Source of the DNA: a virus
Reading direction: 5' to 3' (one strand)
DNA length: 64,000 bases
IMG/VR virus record: IMGVR_UViG_3300024503_000332
The position numbers and the translations under genes are program-made. Below are positions 18,391-27,132 of the stretch, one piece after another (position 1 is the first letter of the stretch; each line of letters begins with the position of its first letter). The notes under the pieces were generated by a model, which ran no database searches, was not told where the DNA came from, and was given only the letters and a program-made list of their open reading frames with translations.

Positions 18391-19382
18391 TACCAGCTCC
18401 TACACGACCAGTAACGTGCTTTCCAACGTGGTCCTGGATTCTTACAGTTGTGACGTGCTCTAAATGATTTACGTCTCTTAGGGTTTGATTTTTTGATACG
18501 CATCTTCTTATCGCCGAAGTTTACCTTGACGATATTGCCGTTTGGCTTGCGTACATATACTTTTGATTTCTTAACGTCGCCTGGCAGTTTCTTACCTAGC
18601 GGTACATTCTTACCGTGATACTCTGCTTCGTTCTCGATGCCTTCTGTCTGCTCTTCTGACTGCATGTAATCCCATACAGCGACTAGCATACTCTTTGCTA
18701 CAGCTATTTTTTCTTGGCACCATTCTGGTAGATTATCACCTGCGTGTATAAGATCGTCTAGACCTTGTACAGCACGTTTCATAGTTTCGAGATTATTGTC
18801 GGCCATACCGGCTTCATCATCATATTCAGCATCGGAACCCTCGTGTTTAGGAGTTTTGTGATGCTTCTTCATGTTGATAGCTATAGCTGCCTGCTGTGCA
18901 GGATTAGCGGCTTCTGGTACACAGTTAGGTACGGTTTTGCCGCCCTTCTTCTTTGTACCCACTGGATGGTATCCTTTCCAACATGGATTATCTTTGGGAT
19001 CTTTGAGGCCTTCTTCTAGGAATCCTTCTAGGAAGTGTATACCGTTTCTTGATAAGTGCTCAAGTGCTGTATCATCAAGATCGATAACGATGCCATCTTC
19101 AGTAAATCCTACGATTTCAGTGGCTATTTCTAAATCTTCATTAAAGCTAATACCAAAATCGTCGCCTATCTGGAATGCAGATTCTCCAAAACCTTTGGCT
19201 TTGGCTTCACGTTCTAGATCGTTCTTTCGTTGTATAATAGCTTGGCGGATTTCTGGATCTTTGCTAGCGATAGGATCCATCTGTAGATCCTGCAGGGCCT
19301 TGCGTTTTGCCTGCAGATCTTCTGGGCTCTTAAGCTCTGTTTCTGCTATAATATTATCTATTTTAGATAAAAGGTCTCTCAT
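18390..19382 (-). CDS. Modular probable internal head polyprotein
   Basis: Modules PCWKGY...PNCVP, AANPAQQAAIAINMKK, LPEWCQEKIA, AEYHG...SFRARHNC...ARYWSCRSW. Confidence 0.7.
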   Translation of the reverse strand: MRDLLSKIDNIIAETELKSPEDLQAKRKALQDLQMDPIASKDPEIRQAIIQRKNDLEREAKAKGFGESAFQIGDDFGISFNEDLEIATEIVGFTEDGIVIDLDDTALEHLSRNGIHFLEGFLEEGLKDPKDNPCWKGYHPVGTKKKGGKTVPNCVPEAANPAQQAAIAINMKKHHKTPKHEGSDAEYDDEAGMADNNLETMKRAVQGLDDLIHAGDNLPEWCQEKIAVAKSMLVAVWDYMQSEEQTEGIENEAEYHGKNVPLGKKLPGDVKKSKVYVRKPNGNIVKVNFGDKKMRIKKSNPKRRKSFRARHNCKNPGPRWKARYWSCRSW

Positions 19383-19427
19383 AGTACTCCCTCACGAGGT
19401 CATACTATATTTATCGTTTAGTGCCGG

Positions 19428-19784
19428 TTAGTAATTATAACGGATCTCGGTGATTTCACCGCTGTTAATGGTACCTATAGCACGAAGCCATACGAATCTA
19501 CCCTTAACATTTATAGTATACGAGTCATCGTAGTCAGTAGACCCGTCACCTAGCATAGCATCATTATCGTCAGTATCTTTGAGGTCAAACCAATCATCAT
19601 CGCCCGGATACAGTGCTAGAGTAGCTTGTATTTTCACCTCACCAGACCAGTTTTTAAAGTAAAAAACGATAGTATGTAGGCTATCATACCCAGTCTGATA
19701 CCCGGCACCTTTTTGCTGTGTGCCGGTAAAGTTTCCTGGAGTTGATGTAGCGGGCAGTAGAGTTTTGATTTCGTTGGTCATCAA
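19428..19784 (-). CDS. Hypothetical beta-rich protein, possibly virion
   Basis: 118 aa; TAAATA immediately upstream. Confidence 0.65.
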   Translation of the reverse strand: MMTNEIKTLLPATSTPGNFTGTQQKGAGYQTGYDSLHTIVFYFKNWSGEVKIQATLALYPGDDDWFDLKDTDDNDAMLGDGSTDYDDSYTINVKGRFVWLRAIGTINSGEITEIRYNY

Positions 19785-20459
19785 TTATTTATCGGAGATA
19801 ATGTATTTGTAAACTCGGCCTACTACTTCGGAGTTTCTAAGTTTTAACATCAGCAGAGTCTGCTCAGAGTCCACTAGCACGTATCTACGATCCCAGTTCC
19901 AGTCAGTATACATGAACCACTTGTTCACAGCTTCTGTACAGCGGATCTTAGGAGCCTGAGAGTTCACCCATTTAAGATACTGCTCCTTAGCTAGTTTATC
20001 GTTTTTCAACTTATGTGGAAGCAGATAGACACGATACTGATAGATATCGTGCGGGTATTTTTTAGAAACTATTACGTAGTCATCTAGTAAATCTTCGTCT
20101 GAACCTGGCTGGAACCTATGAGTCAGTTTATCTTTAAACTTTAGGGATAGATCATCATAAATGTCTCTATCATTGGTATAGATGTCTAGTTTTTCACCTT
20201 CAATACGCTTAAACCATTTTGTGCTGTCAATCTTTTCAAGGATATCAATCATGCCAAAAAGGTCATCTTTATTGACAAAGATTTTATTAAGACGGTTGTT
20301 GCTCTTGTAAGGATGTTCACTGGGAGTCGCGCTATCGCAGATAACGCGAGCCTGATCTAGAGAATACCTAAAGACATGAGCCCCAGGTTGATAAACCGTT
20401 ATCTTATAGTTCCACTTATTGTAGAACTTCCGATTGGTTGTCTTGGTCAGATGTTCCAT
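19785..20459 (-). CDS. Hypothetical protein
   Basis: 224 aa ORF. Confidence 0.7.
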   Translation of the reverse strand: MEHLTKTTNRKFYNKWNYKITVYQPGAHVFRYSLDQARVICDSATPSEHPYKSNNRLNKIFVNKDDLFGMIDILEKIDSTKWFKRIEGEKLDIYTNDRDIYDDLSLKFKDKLTHRFQPGSDEDLLDDYVIVSKKYPHDIYQYRVYLLPHKLKNDKLAKEQYLKWVNSQAPKIRCTEAVNKWFMYTDWNWDRRYVLVDSEQTLLMLKLRNSEVVGRVYKYIISDK

Positions 20460-22761
20460 TTTCTAATGCCAGTAGTTTAGCAGCTTTTCTCTGCTCTTTG
20501 GTTAAAGGTTTAACTAGTTCGCTCACTGTAAACTCGAGTTTATTATCATTTACTGAAACAGTCACTCGTCCACCGTTGACAAGATCACCAAACAGCACAC
20601 GACGACTCAATGGACTCTTGATTTCGTTATCGATCAATCTGGCCAACGGTCTAGCACCCATCTTTTTATTGTAACCTTTTTCGGCCAACCATTTAGCAGC
20701 TTCATTGTTGATAACGATTTCGATGCCTTTATCTTTAAGCTGATCGTTGAGTTCTTTTCCAAACTTTTTAACGATCTGAATAACCACTTCTGGCTCAAGG
20801 CTCTTGAACTTAACAATAGCATCTAAACGATTTCTGAACTCTGGTGCGAAGTACTTCTTGACCGCTTTATCATCTTCACCATCTTTGGCCAAATCGCCAA
20901 ACCCGATAGTGTTGCGTTCATTATCTGCTGCACCTAAGTTTGACGTCATGATAAGGATAGTGTTTCGGCCATCTGCGGTTTTACCGTTGCTGCCTGTAAC
21001 AAATCCATTATCCATGAATGCCAATAGGATATTGCTTACATCTTGATGTGCTTTTTCGATTTCGTCGAGCAACAGAATAGCATTAGGATGTTCTTGTAGT
21101 TTGGTAATAAGCATACCTGCGTTATCTTCGTAACCTACATATCCAGGAGGTGCACCGATCAGACGTGCAACTGAATGCTTTTCTTGATATTCGCCCATAT
21201 CAAACCTAATAAGTTCCATGCCCATTTTGTCGGCTAGAGTCTTAGCTGTTTCTGTTTTACCAGTACCTGTGGGACCTAGGAATAAGAAACTGCCAATAGG
21301 CTTGTTTGGTGCTTTCATACCTGCTTGCGAAACAAAGATCTTATCAAGCAGAATCTGAACAGCATCTTCTTGACCGAACACAGAAGCCTTCAACCCATCT
21401 TCGAGGTCAGCAAGGTTCTTTGATTCTTTCTGCGCTACTGTTTCTAGCGGCATACTGATCATTTTACTAAGCTCATAGGTTACCTGTTCTAGATCAACAA
21501 TCTGCTCGACGCCTTCCATTGTCTCATCATCCTTGATCTTGTAACGAGCGCAGGCACAGTCAATAATATCAATGGCCTTGTCTGGCAACTTCTTATCTGC
21601 CATATATTTGATCGATAGTTTTACTGCCTGTTCGATAGCAGCATCAGTGATTTTGACGTTATGGTGCTTTTCGTAATACTTACGGATTCCTTTGATGATC
21701 TTAACAGTCAACTCTGGAGTTGGCTCATCAATAGTAATACGTTGGAATCGACGCATCAGCGCACGATCCTTTTCAAAGTACTTGCGATATTCTTCCCAAG
21801 TAGTTGAAGCAATGAGTTTAATGATACCTTTAGTCAATACAGGCTTAAGAATGTTAGCAAGGTCGTTGCTGTTCTGGCTAGCAGAACCTGCACCGTTCAT
21901 CATATGTGCTTCATCGATGAATAAAATAATCTTGCCTTTGCGTTCGAGTGCAGTTAGCACAGCCTTAATGCGTTCTTCAAAGTCACCACGATACTTGCTG
22001 CCTGCGAGTAACGCAGGGATGTCTAATGCATAGACTGTGTGATCTTGAATAAACTTCGGTACTTTCTTTTCAAAGATTTTACGTGCAAGACCTTCTGCAA
22101 TAGCAGTCTTACCTACGCCAGGATCTCCTACCATTAATACATTACACTTGTTCCTACGTGCTAGAACGAGTTGTGTTTTTTCTAGTTCCTCGTCTCTTCC
22201 GATAACAGGATCAATAGCTTTTTGTTTTGCTCGCAAGCTAAGGTTCGTGCAGTATTGATTCAAGATTCTATCCGCTCCTGAGGTAGTTGTTATTTGTTGT
22301 GGTGATTCTTCTTCGTCTTCGTGTACAGCTACATTTTCTTGGAAGTACTTGACAAACTTTTCTTTAGTGACCCCGCCCTTCTGCAGGAAGTAAAATGCGA
22401 AACTATTCTTTTCACTAAGGATACTGATGATAACATCAGCTACTTCCATACGCTGACGGCCGCTGAACAGTACCTGTGTAAAACAACGATTTAAAACACG
22501 CTCTACACTATTGGTTTTTCTAGGACGAGTATTAGGATCAGTTGTTTTGATATCATTAAGATTGTTCTTTATATAATGCTCGATGTTGGTTTTTATAAAC
22601 AGAGCATCAGCACCAAACCCTTCGAGCAGTTTAAATGAATCCTCGTCGCTGACGATGCCAAACAATAGATGCTCGATAGTCACATATTCGTGATTGAGCT
22701 GCTTGGCAACAGAAACGGAGTTTTCAAAAATAAGTTGTAGTTGTTGGCTGGGTTCGATCAT
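20416..22761 (-). CDS. clpA: ATP-dependent Clp protease ATP-binding subunit
   Basis: Clp N-domain HEYVTIEHLL; two Walker A motifs GDPGVGKT and GPTGTGKT; IGF ClpP-docking loop; no ClpB middle domain. Confidence 0.93.
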   Translation of the reverse strand: MIEPSQQLQLIFENSVSVAKQLNHEYVTIEHLLFGIVSDEDSFKLLEGFGADALFIKTNIEHYIKNNLNDIKTTDPNTRPRKTNSVERVLNRCFTQVLFSGRQRMEVADVIISILSEKNSFAFYFLQKGGVTKEKFVKYFQENVAVHEDEEESPQQITTTSGADRILNQYCTNLSLRAKQKAIDPVIGRDEELEKTQLVLARRNKCNVLMVGDPGVGKTAIAEGLARKIFEKKVPKFIQDHTVYALDIPALLAGSKYRGDFEERIKAVLTALERKGKIILFIDEAHMMNGAGSASQNSNDLANILKPVLTKGIIKLIASTTWEEYRKYFEKDRALMRRFQRITIDEPTPELTVKIIKGIRKYYEKHHNVKITDAAIEQAVKLSIKYMADKKLPDKAIDIIDCACARYKIKDDETMEGVEQIVDLEQVTYELSKMISMPLETVAQKESKNLADLEDGLKASVFGQEDAVQILLDKIFVSQAGMKAPNKPIGSFLFLGPTGTGKTETAKTLADKMGMELIRFDMGEYQEKHSVARLIGAPPGYVGYEDNAGMLITKLQEHPNAILLLDEIEKAHQDVSNILLAFMDNGFVTGSNGKTADGRNTILIMTSNLGAADNERNTIGFGDLAKDGEDDKAVKKYFAPEFRNRLDAIVKFKSLEPEVVIQIVKKFGKELNDQLKDKGIEIVINNEAAKWLAEKGYNKKMGARPLARLIDNEIKSPLSRRVLFGDLVNGGRVTVSVNDNKLEFTVSELVKPLTKEQRKAAKLLALENGTSDQDNQSEVLQ

Positions 22762-23255
22762 TTTTTTATTTTCCTTACCTTCTTCATAGCTAAGTCTAAC
22801 TTCATTCTACTTACTTTGTCAACAAAACAAATGCCCTCTAAATGATCGTATTCATGTTGAAAACATTTAGAGAGATATCCATCTACTTTGATTTCTTTAA
22901 GGTTTCCTTCACTGTCTTGATATTCGGCTACGATCCATGCTGGACGTTTAACCTTAAGATATAGACCGGGATAACTTAGACAGCCTTCTTGATCTAGGAC
23001 CTGTTCTTCACTTACTTCTTTAATAACAGGATTAAACACAGCAAACGGTGCAGGAAAGTCTTTAATACTATTACTACCCATAACAAAAACTCGCTTGGTC
23101 AATCCTATTTGATTAGCAGCGAGACCAATGCCGTTGCTGGCGATCATGAAATCAATCATGTCTTTTTCTAACTGTTTAGCATCACCGTCGGATGAAAAAT
23201 CCCATGGTGTGCTTTTTTCTACGAGACTGTCGTGTGGTCCTAGTTCAAAGTTCAT
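22758..23255 (-). CDS. def: Peptide deformylase
   Basis: GIGLAANQIG, EGCLS, QHEYDHLEG. Confidence 0.95.
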   Translation of the reverse strand: MNFELGPHDSLVEKSTPWDFSSDGDAKQLEKDMIDFMIASNGIGLAANQIGLTKRVFVMGSNSIKDFPAPFAVFNPVIKEVSEEQVLDQEGCLSYPGLYLKVKRPAWIVAEYQDSEGNLKEIKVDGYLSKCFQHEYDHLEGICFVDKVSRMKLDLAMKKVRKIKK

Positions 23256-24102
23256 TTTTAAGTTGTTCTATTCTAGCTATCTGTAATGGTGAAAGATTTC
23301 TTGGGATTTCTATATTGATATGTATCAACAGATTTCCACGTTGTCTAGTTCTTATATCTGGCAGCCCCTCACCTCTGCAGCTCAATGTAGTATCGGGCTG
23401 TGTTCCCGGAGGAACATTTATACTAAGTTGTTTTCCATCTAGAGTTCTTATATCAACTTTAGATCCTATGATAGCATCCCACACGCTAACTCTATGCTCT
23501 ACTATCAATGAACTGCCATCTCTCCTAAATACAGGATGCGGTCTTACAAAAACATTTACTAATAGGTCGCCGGCTCTAAGATGAGGGATGCTGTTATCGC
23601 CCATCCCTTCGAAGCGTATCTGCTGGCCGTGTTCTATTCCTGCAGGAATAGAAATATTAATCATTTTGCTCTTTCCGCCAGGGACACCTACTTCGGCATT
23701 AAGCTCTTTGCCTTTTAGAACTTCTTCTAGAGTAACTTCGATGTTAATGCTGAAACTCTTATTCTTTGGTTGTGGCCTCGCACCGAAACCTTGCCCAAAG
23801 CCAAAGTTACCAAAAATATCATCAAAAGGAGTACCTGTGTTGAAATGGAACTCGAATGGGTTCCCCTGTCCTTGATGGAAGTGGAAACCTCCCGGGTTAG
23901 GCTGATTAGGATCGATACCCGAATCGATCATTCGTTTCTTCTCAGGGTCGCTTAGAAACTCATAAGCCTGAGAGACTTCTTTAAACTTATTTTGGTCCCC
24001 ACCGCGATCAGGATGATATTTCATAGCCATTTTTCTATAGGCTTTTTTTATCTCCTCGTCGGAAGCACCTCTTTGCAATCCTAGTGTTGAATAATAATCC
24101 AT
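23245..24102 (-). CDS. DnaJ-class chaperone (class B/CbpA-like, no zinc finger)
   Basis: J domain with HPD, G/F-rich linker, C-terminal domain. Confidence 0.92.
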   Translation of the reverse strand: MDYYSTLGLQRGASDEEIKKAYRKMAMKYHPDRGGDQNKFKEVSQAYEFLSDPEKKRMIDSGIDPNQPNPGGFHFHQGQGNPFEFHFNTGTPFDDIFGNFGFGQGFGARPQPKNKSFSINIEVTLEEVLKGKELNAEVGVPGGKSKMINISIPAGIEHGQQIRFEGMGDNSIPHLRAGDLLVNVFVRPHPVFRRDGSSLIVEHRVSVWDAIIGSKVDIRTLDGKQLSINVPPGTQPDTTLSCRGEGLPDIRTRQRGNLLIHINIEIPRNLSPLQIARIEQLKNEL

Positions 24103-24111
24103 GGTTCTCAC

Positions 24112-24140
24112 ATTATACGAAAAAAATAGGACTACGTCAA
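24112..24140 (-). promoter_or_regulatory. Sigma70-type promoter for dnaJ-def-clpA, overlapping a terminator
   Basis: TTGACG-17 nt-TATAAT. Confidence 0.65.
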
Positions 24141-24151
24141 GTAGTCCTATT
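24120..24151 (-). terminator. Intrinsic terminator after the lysis cassette
   Basis: AATAGGACTAC-TTGAC-GTAGTCCTATT followed by a T run. Confidence 0.8.
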
Positions 24152-24176
24152 ATTTAATGGAGATTTACTGAGCTCG

Positions 24177-24368
24177 TTATTTTTTCTTACCGTCGGGAAC
24201 TTTTTCGCCATCTACTTTTTTATGTACTTTGACTTTTTTACATTCCTGGACTTTTTTGCCCTTCTTTTCGACTTCTTTACAGACTTCTTTAACTTCGCCG
24301 CCTGCATACGCTGTTGTTGTACCAGCTAGTAAGCCCAACGAGATCATTAGTGCTAAAATGTATTTCAT
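24177..24368 (-). CDS. Small secreted Lys-rich protein
   Basis: Signal peptide MKYILALMISLGLLAGTTTAYA; two Cys. Confidence 0.7.
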   Translation of the reverse strand: MKYILALMISLGLLAGTTTAYAGGEVKEVCKEVEKKGKKVQECKKVKVHKKVDGEKVPDGKKK

Positions 24369-24379
24369 GATATTTTCCT

Positions 24380-24436
24380 TTATTTTTTTGGATGCTTGCC
24401 GCCACATACTGGACAGCCTTCGTCTGTGTTAAACAT
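24380..24436 (-). CDS. Putative 18 aa micropeptide (not in ORF track)
   Basis: MFNTDEGCPVCGGKHPKK with an AAGGA SD; fills the intergenic gap. Confidence 0.4.
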   Translation of the reverse strand: MFNTDEGCPVCGGKHPKK

Positions 24437-24445
24437 AGTGTTTCC

Positions 24446-24997
24446 TTATAGAACTGGATCGTCTGTTGGAACGATCTTTTTACCACTTGCTGTTACGGCC
24501 GGAGTCGCTGGCGCTCCAAATCCTGTACTGCTACCAAAGCCTGTTGTTGGTGTTGGACTAGGTGTGCTTCCAAAGCCGCCTGAGCTAAAGCCTCCTGGGG
24601 CGCCTGTTGCTCCGAAACCTGTCGAAGCTGGTGCCTGGAAACCGCTTGGTGCTGCTGGAGGTACGCTAAAGCCTGTTGGTGCTGGTGTTGCTGCTCCGCC
24701 ATTGTTTGCTCCTGCTAGTTTTTCTTGTGTGCGACCCAATGCCGCTATACCTAGAACGGCACCCATCGCGATGTGGAATAAACCCGCACCTTGTAAAGTC
24801 AATGGTTGCCATTGGGTAATGGTGCCTACTTTCATTATTGCCTGTAGTAGACTCCACATGATAGGAAATAGCACGAAGTCAAAGGCGCAAACACCCATGT
24901 ACAACCATCCCATCATTGGACGCCATTTACTGTTCATCCAATCTTCTTTTTTCTTTTCTGCATCACTCATATTTGCGTACTCTTCTTGCGTTGCCAT
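24446..24997 (-). CDS. Holin-like membrane protein (3TM holin family) with Gly/Pro-rich tail
   Basis: KWRPMMGWLY...GAVLGIAALGRTQEK; lies in the lysis cassette. Confidence 0.7.
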   Translation of the reverse strand: MATQEEYANMSDAEKKKEDWMNSKWRPMMGWLYMGVCAFDFVLFPIMWSLLQAIMKVGTITQWQPLTLQGAGLFHIAMGAVLGIAALGRTQEKLAGANNGGAATPAPTGFSVPPAAPSGFQAPASTGFGATGAPGGFSSGGFGSTPSPTPTTGFGSSTGFGAPATPAVTASGKKIVPTDDPVL

Positions 24998-25016
24998 TAT
25001 TCGCTCCTTTTTAAGT

Positions 25017-25130
25017 TTATTTTTTGAATATGCCTAGAACTTTAGCCTGGATAGTTTTTGCAAACTCTGGCTGAGGAAAGTTCCAACCTATAAAAGCACC
25101 TAGTGCTAACCAAAAAATAGTTTCTAACAT
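25017..25130 (-). CDS. Small single-TM protein (37 aa, not in ORF track)
   Basis: MLETIFWLALGAFIGWNFPQPEFAKTIQAKVLGIFKK with GGAG SD. Confidence 0.65.
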   Translation of the reverse strand: MLETIFWLALGAFIGWNFPQPEFAKTIQAKVLGIFKK

Positions 25131-25140
25131 AATCTTCTCC

Positions 25141-25731
25141 TTATAGCCAGAGTAGAACACCCTGACTGCTTAATAACAAACCTATTGCTGCTACTCCGAA
25201 GCTACCCCAGAACAGCGGCATACTCACAGCAAGAATACTTGCTGACAACAACACGATCGCTAGTTGATATGCAGTATTAGCATAGCCAATCCATGGACTA
25301 CGTAGTTTTGCTTCATCGCGCTCGTGTTCTAGTTTTTGTGCTTTAGCGAGAAGATCAGTCATACCTTCTTTAGGTTCGTTCTGATAACGGTCTGCCTTGG
25401 CACGTAGTTCATCTGCTCTTTTCTTATCGCTGCGAGCAGCAGCATCGTCGGCAGCATATTCTGCCATAGTCTTCTTCAAGCTCTTTGCTTGATAGAAAGC
25501 ATAGGTATCATTCGCTGCAATCGTATTGTTGAGTATGGTAGAACTTAATTTTCCACCGTACCATGTATTAACTGCTAATAGTAGAGCGAAAACGTTAATA
25601 ACTAAACCAGCCTTGTCTTTGATTTTTGCTTCGCGCTCGCTGCGTGAGCTAGGTTTAAGTTGCTCGTAACTTGAGCCGCCGTCCTTAGACTGCTTTGTAA
25701 AGATATTTAAAACTGAGTCGACTAATGCCAT
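25141..25731 (-). CDS. DUF4337-like membrane protein
   Basis: ANDTYAFYQAKSLK, coiled coil, QLAIVLLSASIL. Confidence 0.7.
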   Translation of the reverse strand: MALVDSVLNIFTKQSKDGGSSYEQLKPSSRSEREAKIKDKAGLVINVFALLLAVNTWYGGKLSSTILNNTIAANDTYAFYQAKSLKKTMAEYAADDAAARSDKKRADELRAKADRYQNEPKEGMTDLLAKAQKLEHERDEAKLRSPWIGYANTAYQLAIVLLSASILAVSMPLFWGSFGVAAIGLLLSSQGVLLWL

Positions 25732-25748
25732 TCTCGCTCCTTAATGTA

Positions 25749-26003
25749 TTAATATAGTGCTGCTAAACTTATCAGCGCATTCATAGCTGTATTTATCTGC
25801 TCTTTTAATCTTAGATCTTGTACAGCTTCGTTGATATTCTTTTCGTGGTACAGATCGTTAACGAGTTCTGTAAACTCGCTCTTGCTGATCTGCCCTTGCT
25901 CTAGCATGGTCTTGAGACCCAAAGCTCTGTTTGCTAGATCTTGAAGATTAGGGTCGCCGGTATTGTAGATTGATTCTAGTTGTTGGTGTACTTCTTGACT
26001 CAT
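25749..26003 (-). CDS. Hypothetical protein
   Basis: 84 aa ORF. Confidence 0.65.
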   Translation of the reverse strand: MSQEVHQQLESIYNTGDPNLQDLANRALGLKTMLEQGQISKSEFTELVNDLYHEKNINEAVQDLRLKEQINTAMNALISLAALY

Positions 26004-26404
26004 CTTGGTTTCGCTCCTACGACGTTTTGGATGTTAACAGCATTACGTTCGATACTACTAAACTTGGTAGTACAATACATCATACTAACTGGCTCTTTGC
26101 CATGATATCTTTCGCTGAGCCCTTTTACTATCTCAGCTAGCTCATTGCCCATTTTTGTTGTTTCTTCGTTATGCGGAATAGATTGACTGTAGTTTCTAAA
26201 CTCAACTGCGGTGTACCACATACGATCTACTACTTCGACAACTTCGGGCTTGCCGCATTTGGCAGCACCTAGGTTGGCTTCTGTGCGTATTCTGTTGATC
26301 AATGAATATTCGTTATTATCAAATCTGGCCATGAAGTACGCATCATACAACGCACAGCCTGTTAGTGCCTGTGTTAGTAAGAATATTGCTAATAATCTTT
26401 TCAT
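26000..26404 (-). CDS. Lipoprotein
   Basis: Lipobox LTGC. Confidence 0.75.
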   Translation of the reverse strand: MKRLLAIFLLTQALTGCALYDAYFMARFDNNEYSLINRIRTEANLGAAKCGKPEVVEVVDRMWYTAVEFRNYSQSIPHNEETTKMGNELAEIVKGLSERYHGKEPVSMMYCTTKFSSIERNAVNIQNVVGAKPR

Positions 26405-26670
26405 TTGATATCCTCAAATATCTTCTTCTGTGTTCTGAACCATTGTGCCCACGCATCTGACTTGGCTTTACAATCGTGGTACTGACCGTAGTTCTGCGTG
26501 ACAGTAGATAAGACATCACTGAGTTTGTCTGTTTTGGTGTCAACTTTTTTAAGATCAGGACAGGGCTGCATCAGGTCTTCTGGGACCTGTGGAAAGCTCA
26601 TGTGTACAGGAACAGTGGTTGCACAACCTGTTAAAAATAACATAGGAAGTATTAAAAATATCTTTTTCAT
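26401..26670 (-). CDS. Outer-membrane spanin (Rz1-like)
   Basis: Lipobox LTGC, Pro-rich FPQVPEDLMQPCP, second Cys; follows the i-spanin. Confidence 0.8.
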   Translation of the reverse strand: MKKIFLILPMLFLTGCATTVPVHMSFPQVPEDLMQPCPDLKKVDTKTDKLSDVLSTVTQNYGQYHDCKAKSDAWAQWFRTQKKIFEDIK

Positions 26671-27131
26671 TTTTTCTTACCTCCTTGGTTGCTGGCAGCA
26701 TCGTTTAGAATACTGATCGCTTCTGGATCTACTTTGCATTCTGCATCGATGCGCTTTTCAACTTCTCTTATTCTTTCTTGGATAACGATCTGTACTTCTC
26801 TGTTGTTATTCTTTTTTGCTTTTAGTGCTTTGTCTAGTTCTTCATTAGCAGCTTCGCTTTTTTGTACAGCCTCGTCAATCTTAGATTGCATCTCTGCTAT
26901 GCGAGCTCGGTAGCTCATTTCTACTCCATACCCACCGAATAGATATCCGCCACCTAATAAAAAGATTATTCCGACTATTTCTGCAGGTAGCTTGTATTGC
27001 CCCATGAGAGGAATCCAAGCTACTAGTTTACTGGCAATATACAATGCTAGACCCACACCTATCATAGCATAGGTGACCCAGATAAACAGACTATCTGGTA
27101 TAAGGCTCAGCATCCATTGGAACTGCCACAT
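26667..27131 (-). CDS. Inner-membrane spanin (Rz-like)
   Basis: N-terminal TM segments, coiled coil, C-terminal Cys; follows the endolysin. Confidence 0.75.
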   Translation of the reverse strand: MWQFQWMLSLIPDSLFIWVTYAMIGVGLALYIASKLVAWIPLMGQYKLPAEIVGIIFLLGGGYLFGGYGVEMSYRARIAEMQSKIDEAVQKSEAANEELDKALKAKKNNNREVQIVIQERIREVEKRIDAECKVDPEAISILNDAASNQGGKKK

Positions 27132-27132
27132 A

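Noticed and set aside
24396-25037. 213 aa plus-strand ORF
   Set aside because: Antisense shadow of the Gly/Pro/Ala-rich holin-like gene; no SD or recognisable motif
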